From an uncultured Pseudomonadales bacterium (lineage in GTDB: Bacteria > Patescibacteriota > Microgenomatia > UBA1400 > Chazhemtobacteraceae): a stretch of DNA of 64,000 nt. Of this stretch, positions 29,061 to 39,289 are shown one piece after another (positions within the stretch are counted from its first letter, which is position 1; each line of letters opens with the position of its first letter). The stretch is taken from the NCBI GenBank assembly GCA_964618725.1, contig CAZUBK010000003.1, positions 81,018-145,017 of the forward strand. Reading direction: 5' to 3'. The notes under the pieces were generated by a model, which did not search any database, was not told the origin of the DNA, and saw only the letters and a list, made by a program, of their open reading frames with translations. Both the position numbers and the translations under genes were made by a program.

Positions 29061-29792
29061 TTATTTCCCTAATAATTCGTAACCCTTCTCCTCTAACTCT
29101 CGCACCAACTCTTCCCCACCCTCTCTTTGTATTTTTCCTTCCCTTAATATTACCACTTTGTCAGGCTTAAGATACTTAAGCATCCTCTGGTAATGAGTAA
29201 TCACCAGTATCCCCACCTTATCTCTCTTCACCGCTTCCCTCGCTCCTTCTGCCACAATCTTTAAGGCATCAATATCCAGTCCTGAATCCGTCTCGTCCAA
29301 CACTGCATATTTGGGTTTCAAGATTCCCAATTGCAATATCTCCATCTTCTTTTTTTCTCCTCCGCTAAATCCTTCGTTTAGACCTCGATTCAGTAACTCT
29401 TTGTTCATTGACAACAACGCTGCCTCCTTCTCCACCCTCCTTTTCAACTCAATTGCCCTCCCCTTTCCTCCTCTTTCTCTTATCACCGCCAGTAGCATCT
29501 CCCTCACCGATACACCGGGGATCCCCACCGGATACTGAAAAGCCAAGAACAACCCTTTTTTGGCCCGCTCATCCACTGACAACTCAAGCAAATCATCTCC
29601 ATCTAACCTTATCTCCCCCTTCTTTACTTTGTAACTAGGATGTCCTGCCATCGTGTATGCCAAACTACTCTTGCCTGACCCATTTGGCCCCATTAACGCC
29701 ACTACTTCACCTGGACTAACCGTCAAATCTACTCCCCGAAGCACTGCTTTCCCCTCTATCGTTACCCAAAGCTCCCTAATCTCTAATGCCAT
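29061..29792 (-). CDS. sufC: SufC ABC-type ATPase.
   Basis: The Walker A motif GPNGSGKSSL is present. The ABC signature LSGGEKKK is present. Confidence 0.9.
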   Translation of the reverse strand: MALEIRELWVTIEGKAVLRGVDLTVSPGEVVALMGPNGSGKSSLAYTMAGHPSYKVKKGEIRLDGDDLLELSVDERAKKGLFLAFQYPVGIPGVSVREMLLAVIRERGGKGRAIELKRRVEKEAALLSMNKELLNRGLNEGFSGGEKKKMEILQLGILKPKYAVLDETDSGLDIDALKIVAEGAREAVKRDKVGILVITHYQRMLKYLKPDKVVILREGKIQREGGEELVRELEEKGYELLGK

Positions 29793-30214
29793 GTTCTTTT
29801 ATATCCCTCTTTACTTAAATCCGCGACCGTATACTTGGACAATAAATGACTCACCTCGTCCGCCAAGGAAACCATGAAATCCTTTTGAATACAGACTTCC
29901 TCTACCGGACAATTGTGATGTTCGATCACACAAGTCACGGGTCTTAGTTTACCCTCTATCGCCTCAATCACTTTTACCAACCCGATCTCTTTTGGATCTT
30001 CATCTAAGTAATAGCCCCCGTTCTTGCCCTCTTTTGACTTTATAATCCCCGCCCCAACCAAGTCTTTCCCAATACTCGCCAAGAAAGCCTTGGGCAACCC
30101 CCTCTCTCTTGCTAGCTTCTGTGTACTTAACACCTCACCTCGACCTAGTCTAGCCAGCTCCGCCACCAACAACAAACCATAGTCAGACTTCTTGGTTAAA
30201 GTAAAAAATGCCAT
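29783..30214 (-). CDS. Rrf2-family transcriptional regulator (IscR/SufR-like).
   Basis: An N-terminal wHTH is present (LTKKSDYGLLLVAELARL). A Cys cluster CVIEHHNCPVEEVC is present. Confidence 0.8.
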   Translation of the reverse strand: MAFFTLTKKSDYGLLLVAELARLGRGEVLSTQKLARERGLPKAFLASIGKDLVGAGIIKSKEGKNGGYYLDEDPKEIGLVKVIEAIEGKLRPVTCVIEHHNCPVEEVCIQKDFMVSLADEVSHLLSKYTVADLSKEGYKRTWH

Positions 30215-30248
30215 AACTCATATAATCTAGTCTAAGTTTGTGGAAAAA

Positions 30249-31334
30249 TCAATCCTTTCGGACTACCAACACGTCATGCGCTCCATTCTCTCTTGCCCCA
30301 GCATTGGTCACTCGAATAAACCGGGCTTTCGATACTAGCTCCGCTAAATTCCTCGCCCCGCAGTACGCCATTCCCGATCTGACCCCTGCTGTCAACCGAG
30401 TCACCAACTCCTCCACCGGTCCCTTACACGATACCAGGCTCTCTACTCCTTCCACATGCTTGATATACATTTTGTCTTTCCCTTTTTCGTCCCGCTCCAC
30501 CTGTCTTCTCTTCTCACTTTCCGACGCCGACCCATTATATCTTTTGTAACTCCCTCCATTTACCTCCACTATCTCCCCTGGCGCCTCATCCGTCCCGGCA
30601 AACAGCGACCCAGCGACTACTCCACACGCCCCCGTTGCCAATGCTTTGACGATATCTCCCGAATTTCTGATTCCCGCATCCGGCATAAATGTCCTTTTAT
30701 ATTTCTTCGCTGCTATCGCCACCTCCAGTAACGAAGTAAAACCTGGCACCCCACACCCTGTCTGAATCCGAGTCGTACATATCGACCCCGCCCCAATACC
30801 GACTAGCAAACAGTCCGCACCCGCTTCATACAAGTCCGCTGCACACTCATAAGTCGAGGCAATCCCGGAAATTATCACCAGTTTCTTGCCGAAGTGTTCC
30901 CGAAGTTTCCTTGTTGCCTCAATATTTTGTCGCATGTGTCCATGCGCCACATCGATATTGATTACAAAAGCTCCCGCCTTGACCAACATTTCCGCTCGCT
31001 CTAAGAAACCGTTCTTACACCCCACTGCTGCCGCGACGATAACCCCGGTCTTTGCTACCTCACTCACCTTTCCCGCCTGCACTTCCTCTTTATCAAATCG
31101 TGGCAATATCCCCATCCCGCCCAATTGACCCATCTTTATTGCCATCTCCACCCCCGTCACTGTATCCATCTTCGTACTCACCAAAGGAATCTTTAATTCA
31201 ACTCCTTCCGCAACCTTGGTGGTCAAATCCACCTCACTCCGGCTATCAATCTCACTGTACTGCGGTACAAGCAAGATGTCGTCGTAAGACAAAGCTAATG
31301 GAAAGTCGTGATTTGAATAAAAAATCCCGCTCAT
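30249..31334 (-). CDS. IMP dehydrogenase/GMP reductase-family protein, a short form without the CBS pair.
   Basis: The catalytic loop GIGAGSICTTR is present. The length is 361 aa. Confidence 0.8.
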   Translation of the reverse strand: MSGIFYSNHDFPLALSYDDILLVPQYSEIDSRSEVDLTTKVAEGVELKIPLVSTKMDTVTGVEMAIKMGQLGGMGILPRFDKEEVQAGKVSEVAKTGVIVAAAVGCKNGFLERAEMLVKAGAFVINIDVAHGHMRQNIEATRKLREHFGKKLVIISGIASTYECAADLYEAGADCLLVGIGAGSICTTRIQTGCGVPGFTSLLEVAIAAKKYKRTFMPDAGIRNSGDIVKALATGACGVVAGSLFAGTDEAPGEIVEVNGGSYKRYNGSASESEKRRQVERDEKGKDKMYIKHVEGVESLVSCKGPVEELVTRLTAGVRSGMAYCGARNLAELVSKARFIRVTNAGARENGAHDVLVVRKD

Positions 31335-31403
31335 TTTTGATCTGGGCGGGCTATATTTCCCTTTCTTAAGCTAACATATCCAAGGACTCTGTCAATACCT
31401 TGC

Positions 31404-32012
31404 TCAGAACAATCCCAGTTGAGGATCCTCTACCTTAGGTGGATATGAAAAATCAATTTCAAACTCCTTGATCTCATTCCATTTATCCTTAAACTTCAAT
31501 CTCCCATTTTTCATCACAAAATCGTATAGCTTCTTTGTCACCACTACATCCTGTTCACAATACATTTTTAGTTTACGTAAAGACTCCTCATTCCCCGCAT
31601 TCCACCAATCCACCGCATCAAGTCCCGATGCCAACTTACTCTCCGAAAGAGTCTCCTTCGCCAGAGCATCAAGCGATACCCGGTGCCCAAGTACCCCTTT
31701 AACCCGGTCCAGAATATCAAAATGTGGCAACTTCATAAAGTCTTTCTCATATAACGGATTAAGAATCGGGGCATCAAACTTCACTGAATTGAACCCCACT
31801 ACACGATCTACTCCCTCAAACCAACCCCACATTGAAGGCAGGTCCTTTTCCCAAAAACTCCTCATCTCTCCCTCAATCTCCTCAAAACCCTCATTCAACC
31901 TCCTTTTATACACCGAAACAATCGATACTCCCAGCTCTTCCACTTTACTTGGATCTGGTATCTGGTCAAACAACTTCTTTGTCTCAATATCAAAAATAAC
32001 CTCGGTATACAT
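31404..32012 (-). CDS. DEDD-type 3'-5' exonuclease (RNase H-like fold).
   Basis: The N-terminus EVIFDIETKKLFD carries the DxE motif. The length is about 200 aa. Confidence 0.6.
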   Translation of the reverse strand: MYTEVIFDIETKKLFDQIPDPSKVEELGVSIVSVYKRRLNEGFEEIEGEMRSFWEKDLPSMWGWFEGVDRVVGFNSVKFDAPILNPLYEKDFMKLPHFDILDRVKGVLGHRVSLDALAKETLSESKLASGLDAVDWWNAGNEESLRKLKMYCEQDVVVTKKLYDFVMKNGRLKFKDKWNEIKEFEIDFSYPPKVEDPQLGLF

Positions 32013-32022
32013 AAGGAAACTA

Positions 32023-35000
32023 TTACTCCGGAATTTCTAACGTATAGTACGCATCATACGCATAGTTCTTGTTCTGTGCCATCACCTCAAAGAAGTACTT
32101 ACCTCCCTTTTTAAGTCCCGTTAGTTTCGCCTTGTGTATCTTTTCTCGTTTAGGTAGATCTACTTCCTCACCATACGCGAGTGTCTCGCCATAGTTCACT
32201 TTTCCGTATGCAAAGTGGTTAGTCTTGAAGGAGATGATGGCGTAGCCGTCTCCTACCTCTTCAACCGTGACATCACTGATCTTAGTTGGCTCCTTGTCAA
32301 AGAAGACCGCCATCGCTGTACCATAAACAATTCTTACCCCCTCAACAAAACCATTTGTCTTGTCCACCGGCTTCCGTATCTCTCTTAAGACTAGATCCGT
32401 TGCCTCCACCAGCTTCTCTCCCGGCCAGAGGTCATTAGCTTTTTGAATTGTCCTGAGTCTCCCTTCCTCGTAGTTAGAGGCCAAGTCTTGACCTGATTGA
32501 ATAATTGTTGCCACACTGTTCTCGACAAAAGAGTCAATATTGTCTTTAAGCTCTCTGGCCGGACGGTTGATGCTCTCCGCCAATTCGGCGGAAGAGTCCG
32601 CTAAGTTCTCCGAAGTCTTCGTAATAGCGGTGTAGTCTACTTTGATAATAGGGAGGTTAATTCCTGGCAGCTTGACTTCCGGCAGATTGATCTCTGGCAG
32701 ATTAATTGCCAGTCTTGGCAGCTCAAGATCTAGGTTGGGGATCACTACCTCTGGTACCCTGACCTCTGGTAATCTCACTTCAGCCAGTGTCTCAAGAAGG
32801 GTCCCTCCTTGGTCTAACAGATTAGCCAGAAAGCCCGACACCGGAGACAGTAGCGTTAGTATCTGGTCTTTTAGATTAGTTAACTCCTTTGCCTCCAGTT
32901 CTCGTCTGATGATGGCCTGCTTCTCAAGGTCTGGGATGGAGATCTTGCCTTCTCCCTCCCCGGAGGTGGGTGTCTCTCCTTCCTGGGCCAACAGGAGGTT
33001 AATCTTGTCTAGAGTGAGAAGATTAAGCGAGAACTCTTGAGAAGACTGGTTACCTGCCTTGTCTAAAGCCGCCACTGTCGTCTTGTATTTACCTAAGGTC
33101 AAGTCTTTACTGGTCTTGAAGCTGTAGCTCCAGGAGGTGGCGGTATTAGTTGTGGAAGTGGTGGAGGATCGCGACAGCGTCTCTTGGTCCACCAGTTCCT
33201 CACTGGTAATGATTCCGAGGAAAAGGTTTTGTTTGTAGTAGGAGACGACTAGCTTCTCGATGTTAAGGTTGTCGGTGATGGTACCGGTAAAGGTGGGTTG
33301 GTTGGTGTTGATTAACTGGTATCCGTCAACACTCCCCTTGTCGTCACCGACAGTAGCGGTAAGAGTCGGACTGCTTTGATCAGCGTAGAAGATTCTGCTG
33401 TGGCTTCTGCCGTTACCGGCACTGTCATAGGCGGTTACCCTAAAGCTTCTCTCGCCTTCCTTTACCTTGCCGTCGTTTTGACTACTCTCCCATGACGAGG
33501 AACTCTTGGTATATACCGATATGTATCCTGAGGAGTCATAGTCAATTACGTACTTAGATGTTGTGTAGTCAGCGGTAAGGGGAATTGAATCAATTGTAAT
33601 ATCTCCGGTATCTCCGTTGTCAATGAACAACTGGTAGTGAGACAACCCACTCCCTCCATCTGAGGACACCTTCCACTTGAAGGTCGGTCGAGAGTTACTG
33701 GTGTATGAAGCGTCTCCCGGGGACTCCAGGTCAAAAGAGGCAGGAGCGGTAGAGTCCAAAGTAATCGAGTCCGAGTAAGTAGAGGACTCATTGGAGTTAG
33801 CGTCCCTAAACTTGACATACACTGTCTGACTCCCATCTGTAGTACTCGCAAGCGTCCACGATTTAGACGTTGCGTAGTCTTCGTAGGACCCCGTCGAGAA
33901 GTCTGAGTTGTTAGAGACAAACATATCAATACCGGAAGCCGAGTCCACATCATCGCTAGCCGACAGCGTCAAGGTAACGGCGGTACTTGTCGAGTAGGTA
34001 GCACCACCGCCAATACTGATTGAACCCGTTGGTGAGACTGCATTAGCAAAGGTGAGACCAAAGTCAGAGAAGGTGGGGGTACTCACTCCATCACTACTAC
34101 TCAGGGTTACGTAGTACTGGCCATACCGGTGGCCATCAGTGACACACCCATTACTGGATATATCACTTCCGGAACTAATAGCACTACAAGAAGAAAAGTC
34201 AGTCGCTCCAGACATACTGCTTGAATTACTGGTTCTCACCCTGACAGTGGCGGTGGTATTGGAAGGAGTAGTAGCGGTATATGTGAGTGTTCCCCAATTA
34301 CTACTCCAGCCTGCATCAAAAATGCTTGATGTAAAAGTTGCAGTGGGATAGTAAGCTTCTTCAGAAGCATAGGTATTAAAAGTATCCACCTCTGATTTGT
34401 ACTGAGCGGCGATTTGGGAAGCAGTGAGGGCTGTGCCTGAGAGCACAAAGATTTCATCCAATGTCCCACTCAAATTTACAGTTTCTGTATATCCAGATCG
34501 ATTTGCCAATACAAATGGCGCAGACACATCCGTCATGGCAGCACCTACCGAACTATCTGTAATTGTTTCAGTATTTCCTCCGTCAATATATAATTTGGCA
34601 GAACTACCCGAAGAGAATACTGCCGTCAGATAGTGCCAAGCATCATCTCCATATGAAGAGACAGAATCAGCCACAGAAGTAGCCCCTGGGCTATAAAATT
34701 CTAAACGTCCTGGAGAAAATAGATGAAGAAGATAACTTTGGGTAGTAGCCCCGCTACTGTCGTACTTTGAGATAATACCTTTTGATATCGACGTTGTCTT
34801 TACCCAACCTCCTATTGTCATAGTTCCTGTGATGTTAAAATCACTCTTCCTCACTTCATACCCCACCGGTGTTTTACCTGAGGGAGAAGTGCCATTAAAG
34901 CCTTCACTTCCTCCTGTACAGGCTTTTTTAGTATAAACTGCTGTTTGAACCCCCCCATCATTGGCACAGAAATAGCCCCAGGAAGTGGTGTTGTCTGAGT

Positions 35001-37407
35001 TGGTGACAACTATCATGTATTCTGCACTTCCTGCATCATCGTTGTCCCATTCTTCGAATTCCTGCCCAGTGTCACCGATATCTGTATTGGTGTCAGCATA
35101 TGTGAGAGTTCCTAGATTTATGTCATACGTTTTTTGACGAAGAAAGCCAGTTGCCCCATCAAAAGTATATGCATTGGCCACTTGTCCCGAGGTATTACTG
35201 CTTGCTCCGTCACTATCTCCCTGGACAGAGAGTGGATTATTTCCTACTGCATCAGTCACCGAAGTCCAGGACTGGAAACTACCTGCAATGTTATCCAGAG
35301 GGGTTATTGTTACGTCGTCAAACCAAACTATATCAGTGTTTGCTGATCCCCGAAGATATACCACCCCTGCTGTTCCCGTCGCCTTCACCACTCCCGACAA
35401 CCGTGTATATGAAGTAGCTGTTGAAGTAGTTATGTTTGAAACAGTCCCAGATCCCGGATCAAATGCCAAAACTGCAGTATCTCCGCTGGTTACTCTAGCC
35501 CAAGCCGAGACAAGATAATGATTGCCGCTCACCAAAGTCACACTTTGTTTTGCTCCGACGTTTGCCGCCCCTGCTGTTATTTTCATCTCCTGTGCGCCCG
35601 TATGCTCTGAAGTATCCGTTGCCATAGTGGCATTTGTTTCCTGTGTCCAGGAATCAGTTAGAGTGCCCTCCATACCGCCATCAAGTACTGAATTGGGGGT
35701 AAGCTGGATATTATCAAAATAGGTTATATCGCCTACAGTATTACCTGCATACAGGTAGATCCTGACTTGGGTTGTATTGGCCGCCGTTTTGAAACTCGAT
35801 TCATAGCGGGTTGGTGTATAGACCCTAACTTGAGCTAATGTCTCAATCGAGCTTGCATTGGTCACGTCATACACTAACACATACGAGGTACCCACAATGC
35901 TTGCGTCATCTTTTTTCCAAAATGAGACTGTGTAATTGGTGCTTGGTGTGACAGTTATAGTTTGCGTTATTGCCGCTCCGGCTCCCCCAACTCTGGTAAC
36001 TTTAATATCTTGGGTGTCAAACATGGGTGTCGTCGTATTTTTCTCGCCGGTTATGGCGGTTATAAGCTGACTTGGCCAGTTTGTAGTCCCAGCAGTTTCC
36101 ATATCCCAATCGGTTAACATCGTTCCGTTAGTATTAGTTGAAGAGTTGTAGGCAGTTTGGTCTACGTTTCCTCCCAGGTTATAGGTTACTGGAGACAAAG
36201 TGCCACTCCCATCCAGGGAAACATAGAATTTGAGTGACGGATCTGCTACATAGCCTGCTTGTCTGCCTGTTCCTGAGTTATATAGATTTGTTATTTCAGT
36301 TGTCGTAAGTACTCTGTCAAAAATGGCAAAGTCGTCTATGAGGGCCTGGGCTTGATTTGTACCCGTATACGTACTACCAATGTAGTTTTGTGCTGCCGGA
36401 GTGGGAGCCGTAAAGGCAGTGGAAGAAGAAATCACACTTGAGCCGTTTTGATAAACCGTATAGGAATCTGAGGTAAAGTTGAACAGAATGGTGATGTAAT
36501 AATAGGTACTGGCTGCAAACGTAATGCCAGTTGAGCTGGTTTCGGTGCCATTGATATTTAGGGTCAGATCATCTTCTGACGCATCCATATACAAGGCAAT
36601 CCTATTTGCAGTGCCGTCTCCAAAGTCAAACAGATATTGATCTTGGCTGATAGAGCCGATAGCTGTGGGAGACTTTACCCAAAAACTAATCGTGCCCTGG
36701 TTAGCGTTTATGTGTTCATAATTATTCCCCGATACCTGTGCTCCTCTGTTAAAGGTAAGTAGGGATCCACTCGTCCCCGCCGCATTGCCATACATTGAAA
36801 CGGCTTGTGACAATTTTCCTGTATCAAAGTAACCACTGGCTTTGAATTGGTTTACATCTGTTGAGGTTGTTTCTTTTAAGTGATATCTAATTTGTGATCC
36901 CCAGGTATTCGTGGCATCCTGGGCATCGGTAGCTCCCGTGTTACCATAGTACATATAGATGTAGTCAGTGGCCGAAGATGCGTCAATTTGGGGAACTTCT
37001 ACCCAGACAGTGGAGGTGCCCGATTCATCCCATTTTTCAATTTCATAACTCAAAAGTGTTGTCCCATCTGAATCTGTAAACCGAATGTCTTGACCACTAC
37101 CTTGGGTTTTGGCGTAATCTACTCTGGTACTGTCTAGTTTCACCATGACGACAAAGTTGGTCAGATTTTCTGCCTGAGAAGAGTTGTCAAAAGTAATCTT
37201 TCTTCTCGATGACCAACTAGCGTTGTACCAAGAAGAAGTGGGAGAGATGCTCATTTCCCCAGCTACACTGGTTTTGACATTACTCCCACTCTGCCCTGTC
37301 CAGTCTGTCTCATTCCAAGGACTGGTTGCTGCCAACACCCACCACGGGATACTATTTACCACCATCAACACCGCCAAAAGTAATCCCAAGAATCTTCGTA
37401 GTTTCAC
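32023..37407 (-). CDS. Giant (1794 aa) secreted or surface protein. It has N-terminal LamG/DUF2341-like jelly-roll domains, internal LPE(V/I)N-type short repeats and a C-terminal FN3-like domain.
   Basis: A signal peptide MKLRRFLGLLLAVLMVVNSIPWWVLA is present. A DUF2341-like segment (IRFTDSDGTTLLSYEIEKWD) is present. The repeat region reads LPEVRVPEVVIPNLDLELPRLAINLPEINLPEVKLPGINLP. Confidence 0.8.
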   Translation of the reverse strand: MKLRRFLGLLLAVLMVVNSIPWWVLAATSPWNETDWTGQSGSNVKTSVAGEMSISPTSSWYNASWSSRRKITFDNSSQAENLTNFVVMVKLDSTRVDYAKTQGSGQDIRFTDSDGTTLLSYEIEKWDESGTSTVWVEVPQIDASSATDYIYMYYGNTGATDAQDATNTWGSQIRYHLKETTSTDVNQFKASGYFDTGKLSQAVSMYGNAAGTSGSLLTFNRGAQVSGNNYEHINANQGTISFWVKSPTAIGSISQDQYLFDFGDGTANRIALYMDASEDDLTLNINGTETSSTGITFAASTYYYITILFNFTSDSYTVYQNGSSVISSSTAFTAPTPAAQNYIGSTYTGTNQAQALIDDFAIFDRVLTTTEITNLYNSGTGRQAGYVADPSLKFYVSLDGSGTLSPVTYNLGGNVDQTAYNSSTNTNGTMLTDWDMETAGTTNWPSQLITAITGEKNTTTPMFDTQDIKVTRVGGAGAAITQTITVTPSTNYTVSFWKKDDASIVGTSYVLVYDVTNASSIETLAQVRVYTPTRYESSFKTAANTTQVRIYLYAGNTVGDITYFDNIQLTPNSVLDGGMEGTLTDSWTQETNATMATDTSEHTGAQEMKITAGAANVGAKQSVTLVSGNHYLVSAWARVTSGDTAVLAFDPGSGTVSNITTSTATSYTRLSGVVKATGTAGVVYLRGSANTDIVWFDDVTITPLDNIAGSFQSWTSVTDAVGNNPLSVQGDSDGASSNTSGQVANAYTFDGATGFLRQKTYDINLGTLTYADTNTDIGDTGQEFEEWDNDDAGSAEYMIVVTNSDNTTSWGYFCANDGGVQTAVYTKKACTGGSEGFNGTSPSGKTPVGYEVRKSDFNITGTMTIGGWVKTTSISKGIISKYDSSGATTQSYLLHLFSPGRLEFYSPGATSVADSVSSYGDDAWHYLTAVFSSGSSAKLYIDGGNTETITDSSVGAAMTDVSAPFVLANRSGYTETVNLSGTLDEIFVLSGTALTASQIAAQYKSEVDTFNTYASEEAYYPTATFTSSIFDAGWSSNWGTLTYTATTPSNTTATVRVRTSNSSSMSGATDFSSCSAISSGSDISSNGCVTDGHRYGQYYVTLSSSDGVSTPTFSDFGLTFANAVSPTGSISIGGGATYSTSTAVTLTLSASDDVDSASGIDMFVSNNSDFSTGSYEDYATSKSWTLASTTDGSQTVYVKFRDANSNESSTYSDSITLDSTAPASFDLESPGDASYTSNSRPTFKWKVSSDGGSGLSHYQLFIDNGDTGDITIDSIPLTADYTTSKYVIDYDSSGYISVYTKSSSSWESSQNDGKVKEGERSFRVTAYDSAGNGRSHSRIFYADQSSPTLTATVGDDKGSVDGYQLINTNQPTFTGTITDNLNIEKLVVSYYKQNLFLGIITSEELVDQETLSRSSTTSTTNTATSWSYSFKTSKDLTLGKYKTTVAALDKAGNQSSQEFSLNLLTLDKINLLLAQEGETPTSGEGEGKISIPDLEKQAIIRRELEAKELTNLKDQILTLLSPVSGFLANLLDQGGTLLETLAEVRLPEVRVPEVVIPNLDLELPRLAINLPEINLPEVKLPGINLPIIKVDYTAITKTSENLADSSAELAESINRPARELKDNIDSFVENSVATIIQSGQDLASNYEEGRLRTIQKANDLWPGEKLVEATDLVLREIRKPVDKTNGFVEGVRIVYGTAMAVFFDKEPTKISDVTVEEVGDGYAIISFKTNHFAYGKVNYGETLAYGEEVDLPKREKIHKAKLTGLKKGGKYFFEVMAQNKNYAYDAYYTLEIPE

Positions 37408-37455
37408 AACTTAAGCATATGCAACCCAGCCACCAAATGCAACACACTGTAACCT

Positions 37456-38796
37456 TTATATCTCAATCTCCTCCCGTAACACTGGCAATACTACCGACAA
37501 TCCCAACTCTCTCTCAATTCTTTCCTTAAACACCATTCTTGCTCCATCTTCACCGTGAACCAGGATTACCTGCTTCACCCCTTTTATCGCCTTCAACCAA
37601 TCCATCAGTTGTTTTTGATCGGCGTGAGCACTCATACTGCTCACCTCAACAATTTTTGCCGCCACGGTTACCACTGATCCATCTATTATCACTTCTTTCT
37701 TACCCTCCAATAATTCCCGTCCCAACGTCCCAACTGCCTGATAGCCCGTTATCAATACAATCGTCTTTGAATCAGGTAACCACTTCTTTGAGTGAGACAC
37801 AATTCTTCCTCCCGTCATCATTCCCGACCCGGCAATAATGACCTTGGCTATACTCATCTCATCCACCTTTCTGCTTTTTTGCCCATTCTCTACCAAAACC
37901 AATCCTGGAAAATCAAACGGATCATCCCATTTCCGTTGGGATGATAACTCCTGATTGAACAACTGAGGATATTTCTCATAAATGATCGTTGCTTTGTTTC
38001 CCATCGGACTATCTAAATACACTGTCAATCCATTACTCACTCGCCCCTCCCTCTTTAGATGATCAAACAATAATAACAATTCCTGAGTCCTATCAAGGGA
38101 AAATGCCGGTAGAAGTAATGTTCCTCCACTACCCTCTATTTCTTTACATAGAGTCACCAACTTTTCTATTTCCTCTCCTCTTTCCGGATGACTCTTGTCT
38201 CCATAGGTACTCTCCATTATCACTACCTCTGCCTCAAGCGGTGCATCTGTCTCTCTCACTATTCGGCTCGGCGTATTCCCCAAGTCGCCTGAGAATACAA
38301 TCTTTCTCCCCTCACTCTCTATCTCCACACTACTGCTCCCCATTATGTGTCCCGCATCCCACAATCGGAATCTCAACCCTTCCCCAATCTCCCTCCACTT
38401 CTGGTAATCCACCACCTCAAAACGCCCCATCAACTGTTCCACACTATCCTCGTTGTACAAGGCCTTTATTCCTTCTTCTCTCGCGTTCAGTCCCGACACC
38501 TTCGCTGCATCTTTTAGAACTAAATATGCCAAGTCCATCGTCGGTTTGTTCGCAAATACTTTCCCTATGAAGCCCAAACTGGACAATAAAGGCAGTCTCC
38601 CGCAATGATCCAAATGAGCATGGGTTAGAACCACAGCTTCACACCCCTCTGCGATTAAGTCCTGATTTCGATTCTTCCCGCTCGACCCCGCCCCTTGAAA
38701 CATCCCCATATCTACCAACAATCTTCTCCCCCCACTCGTTAACAGAAAACTACTCCCCGTTACTTCTCCTGCTGCCCCCAAAAATCTAACTTTCAT
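37456..38796 (-). CDS. Metallo-beta-lactamase-fold beta-CASP ribonuclease (RNase J/CPSF-like).
   Basis: The HxHxDH motif is present as VVLTHAHLDHCGRLP. The length is 446 aa and a beta-CASP region is present. Confidence 0.75.
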   Translation of the reverse strand: MKVRFLGAAGEVTGSSFLLTSGGRRLLVDMGMFQGAGSSGKNRNQDLIAEGCEAVVLTHAHLDHCGRLPLLSSLGFIGKVFANKPTMDLAYLVLKDAAKVSGLNAREEGIKALYNEDSVEQLMGRFEVVDYQKWREIGEGLRFRLWDAGHIMGSSSVEIESEGRKIVFSGDLGNTPSRIVRETDAPLEAEVVIMESTYGDKSHPERGEEIEKLVTLCKEIEGSGGTLLLPAFSLDRTQELLLLFDHLKREGRVSNGLTVYLDSPMGNKATIIYEKYPQLFNQELSSQRKWDDPFDFPGLVLVENGQKSRKVDEMSIAKVIIAGSGMMTGGRIVSHSKKWLPDSKTIVLITGYQAVGTLGRELLEGKKEVIIDGSVVTVAAKIVEVSSMSAHADQKQLMDWLKAIKGVKQVILVHGEDGARMVFKERIERELGLSVVLPVLREEIEI

Positions 38797-38884
38797 TCCT
38801 CAATCCTACTACAGATTCACGCTTGAAGGGGTACTTTCGCCTTCTCAAGAAAAGCAAAAATACCCCTTCAAGTCTTCCCTACAT

Positions 38885-39148
38885 TTACACTCTCGGCTTG
38901 GCAATATTACATACCAATACTCGACCACTAACTTCGCGACCATTCATTTCTAAGGCTGCCCGCTCTGCATCTTCAGCAGAAGCCATGGTTACAAACCCAA
39001 AGCCCTTAGAACGATCCCGGTTACCCGGCTCCATCATCACCACTGCGTCTTCCACAGCGCCGAATGATTCAAACAATTGTTTCAAATCTGGAGTTCTCAA
39101 AGAATACGGTAGATTACCTACGTATAAACGATTATTTTGATCTTGCAT
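38885..39148 (-). CDS. RRM-domain RNA-binding protein.
   Basis: The RNP2 motif LYVGNL is present. The RNP1-like motif KGFGFVTM is present. Confidence 0.8.
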   Translation of the reverse strand: MQDQNNRLYVGNLPYSLRTPDLKQLFESFGAVEDAVVMMEPGNRDRSKGFGFVTMASAEDAERAALEMNGREVSGRVLVCNIAKPRV

Positions 39149-39289
39149 TAAACTCTCACCTCCTCACTCTAGAGTAAACTAACTTCTCCTTAAGGATCCT
39201 TACTCAAGCTCCTAAAGTAAGTATATTGTATCAAAAATATACCTTATTAGCTACTCGTTCATTAAAATTTCCCTGATAGAATCTAGATC

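Noticed and set aside
32642-35722. Multiple 60-135-aa ORFs on both strands inside the 1794-aa gene. Examples are 32642..33040 (plus strand) and 33546..33953 (minus strand).
   Set aside because: They are nested within a long, well-supported CDS. Low stop-codon frequency in the alternative frames explains them.
38797-38884. 12-bp inverted repeat (cttgaaggggta ... taccccttcaag) downstream of the RRM gene.
   Set aside because: The 27-nt loop is long and neither strand has a T-tract, so I did not call a terminator. It may still be a structured element.
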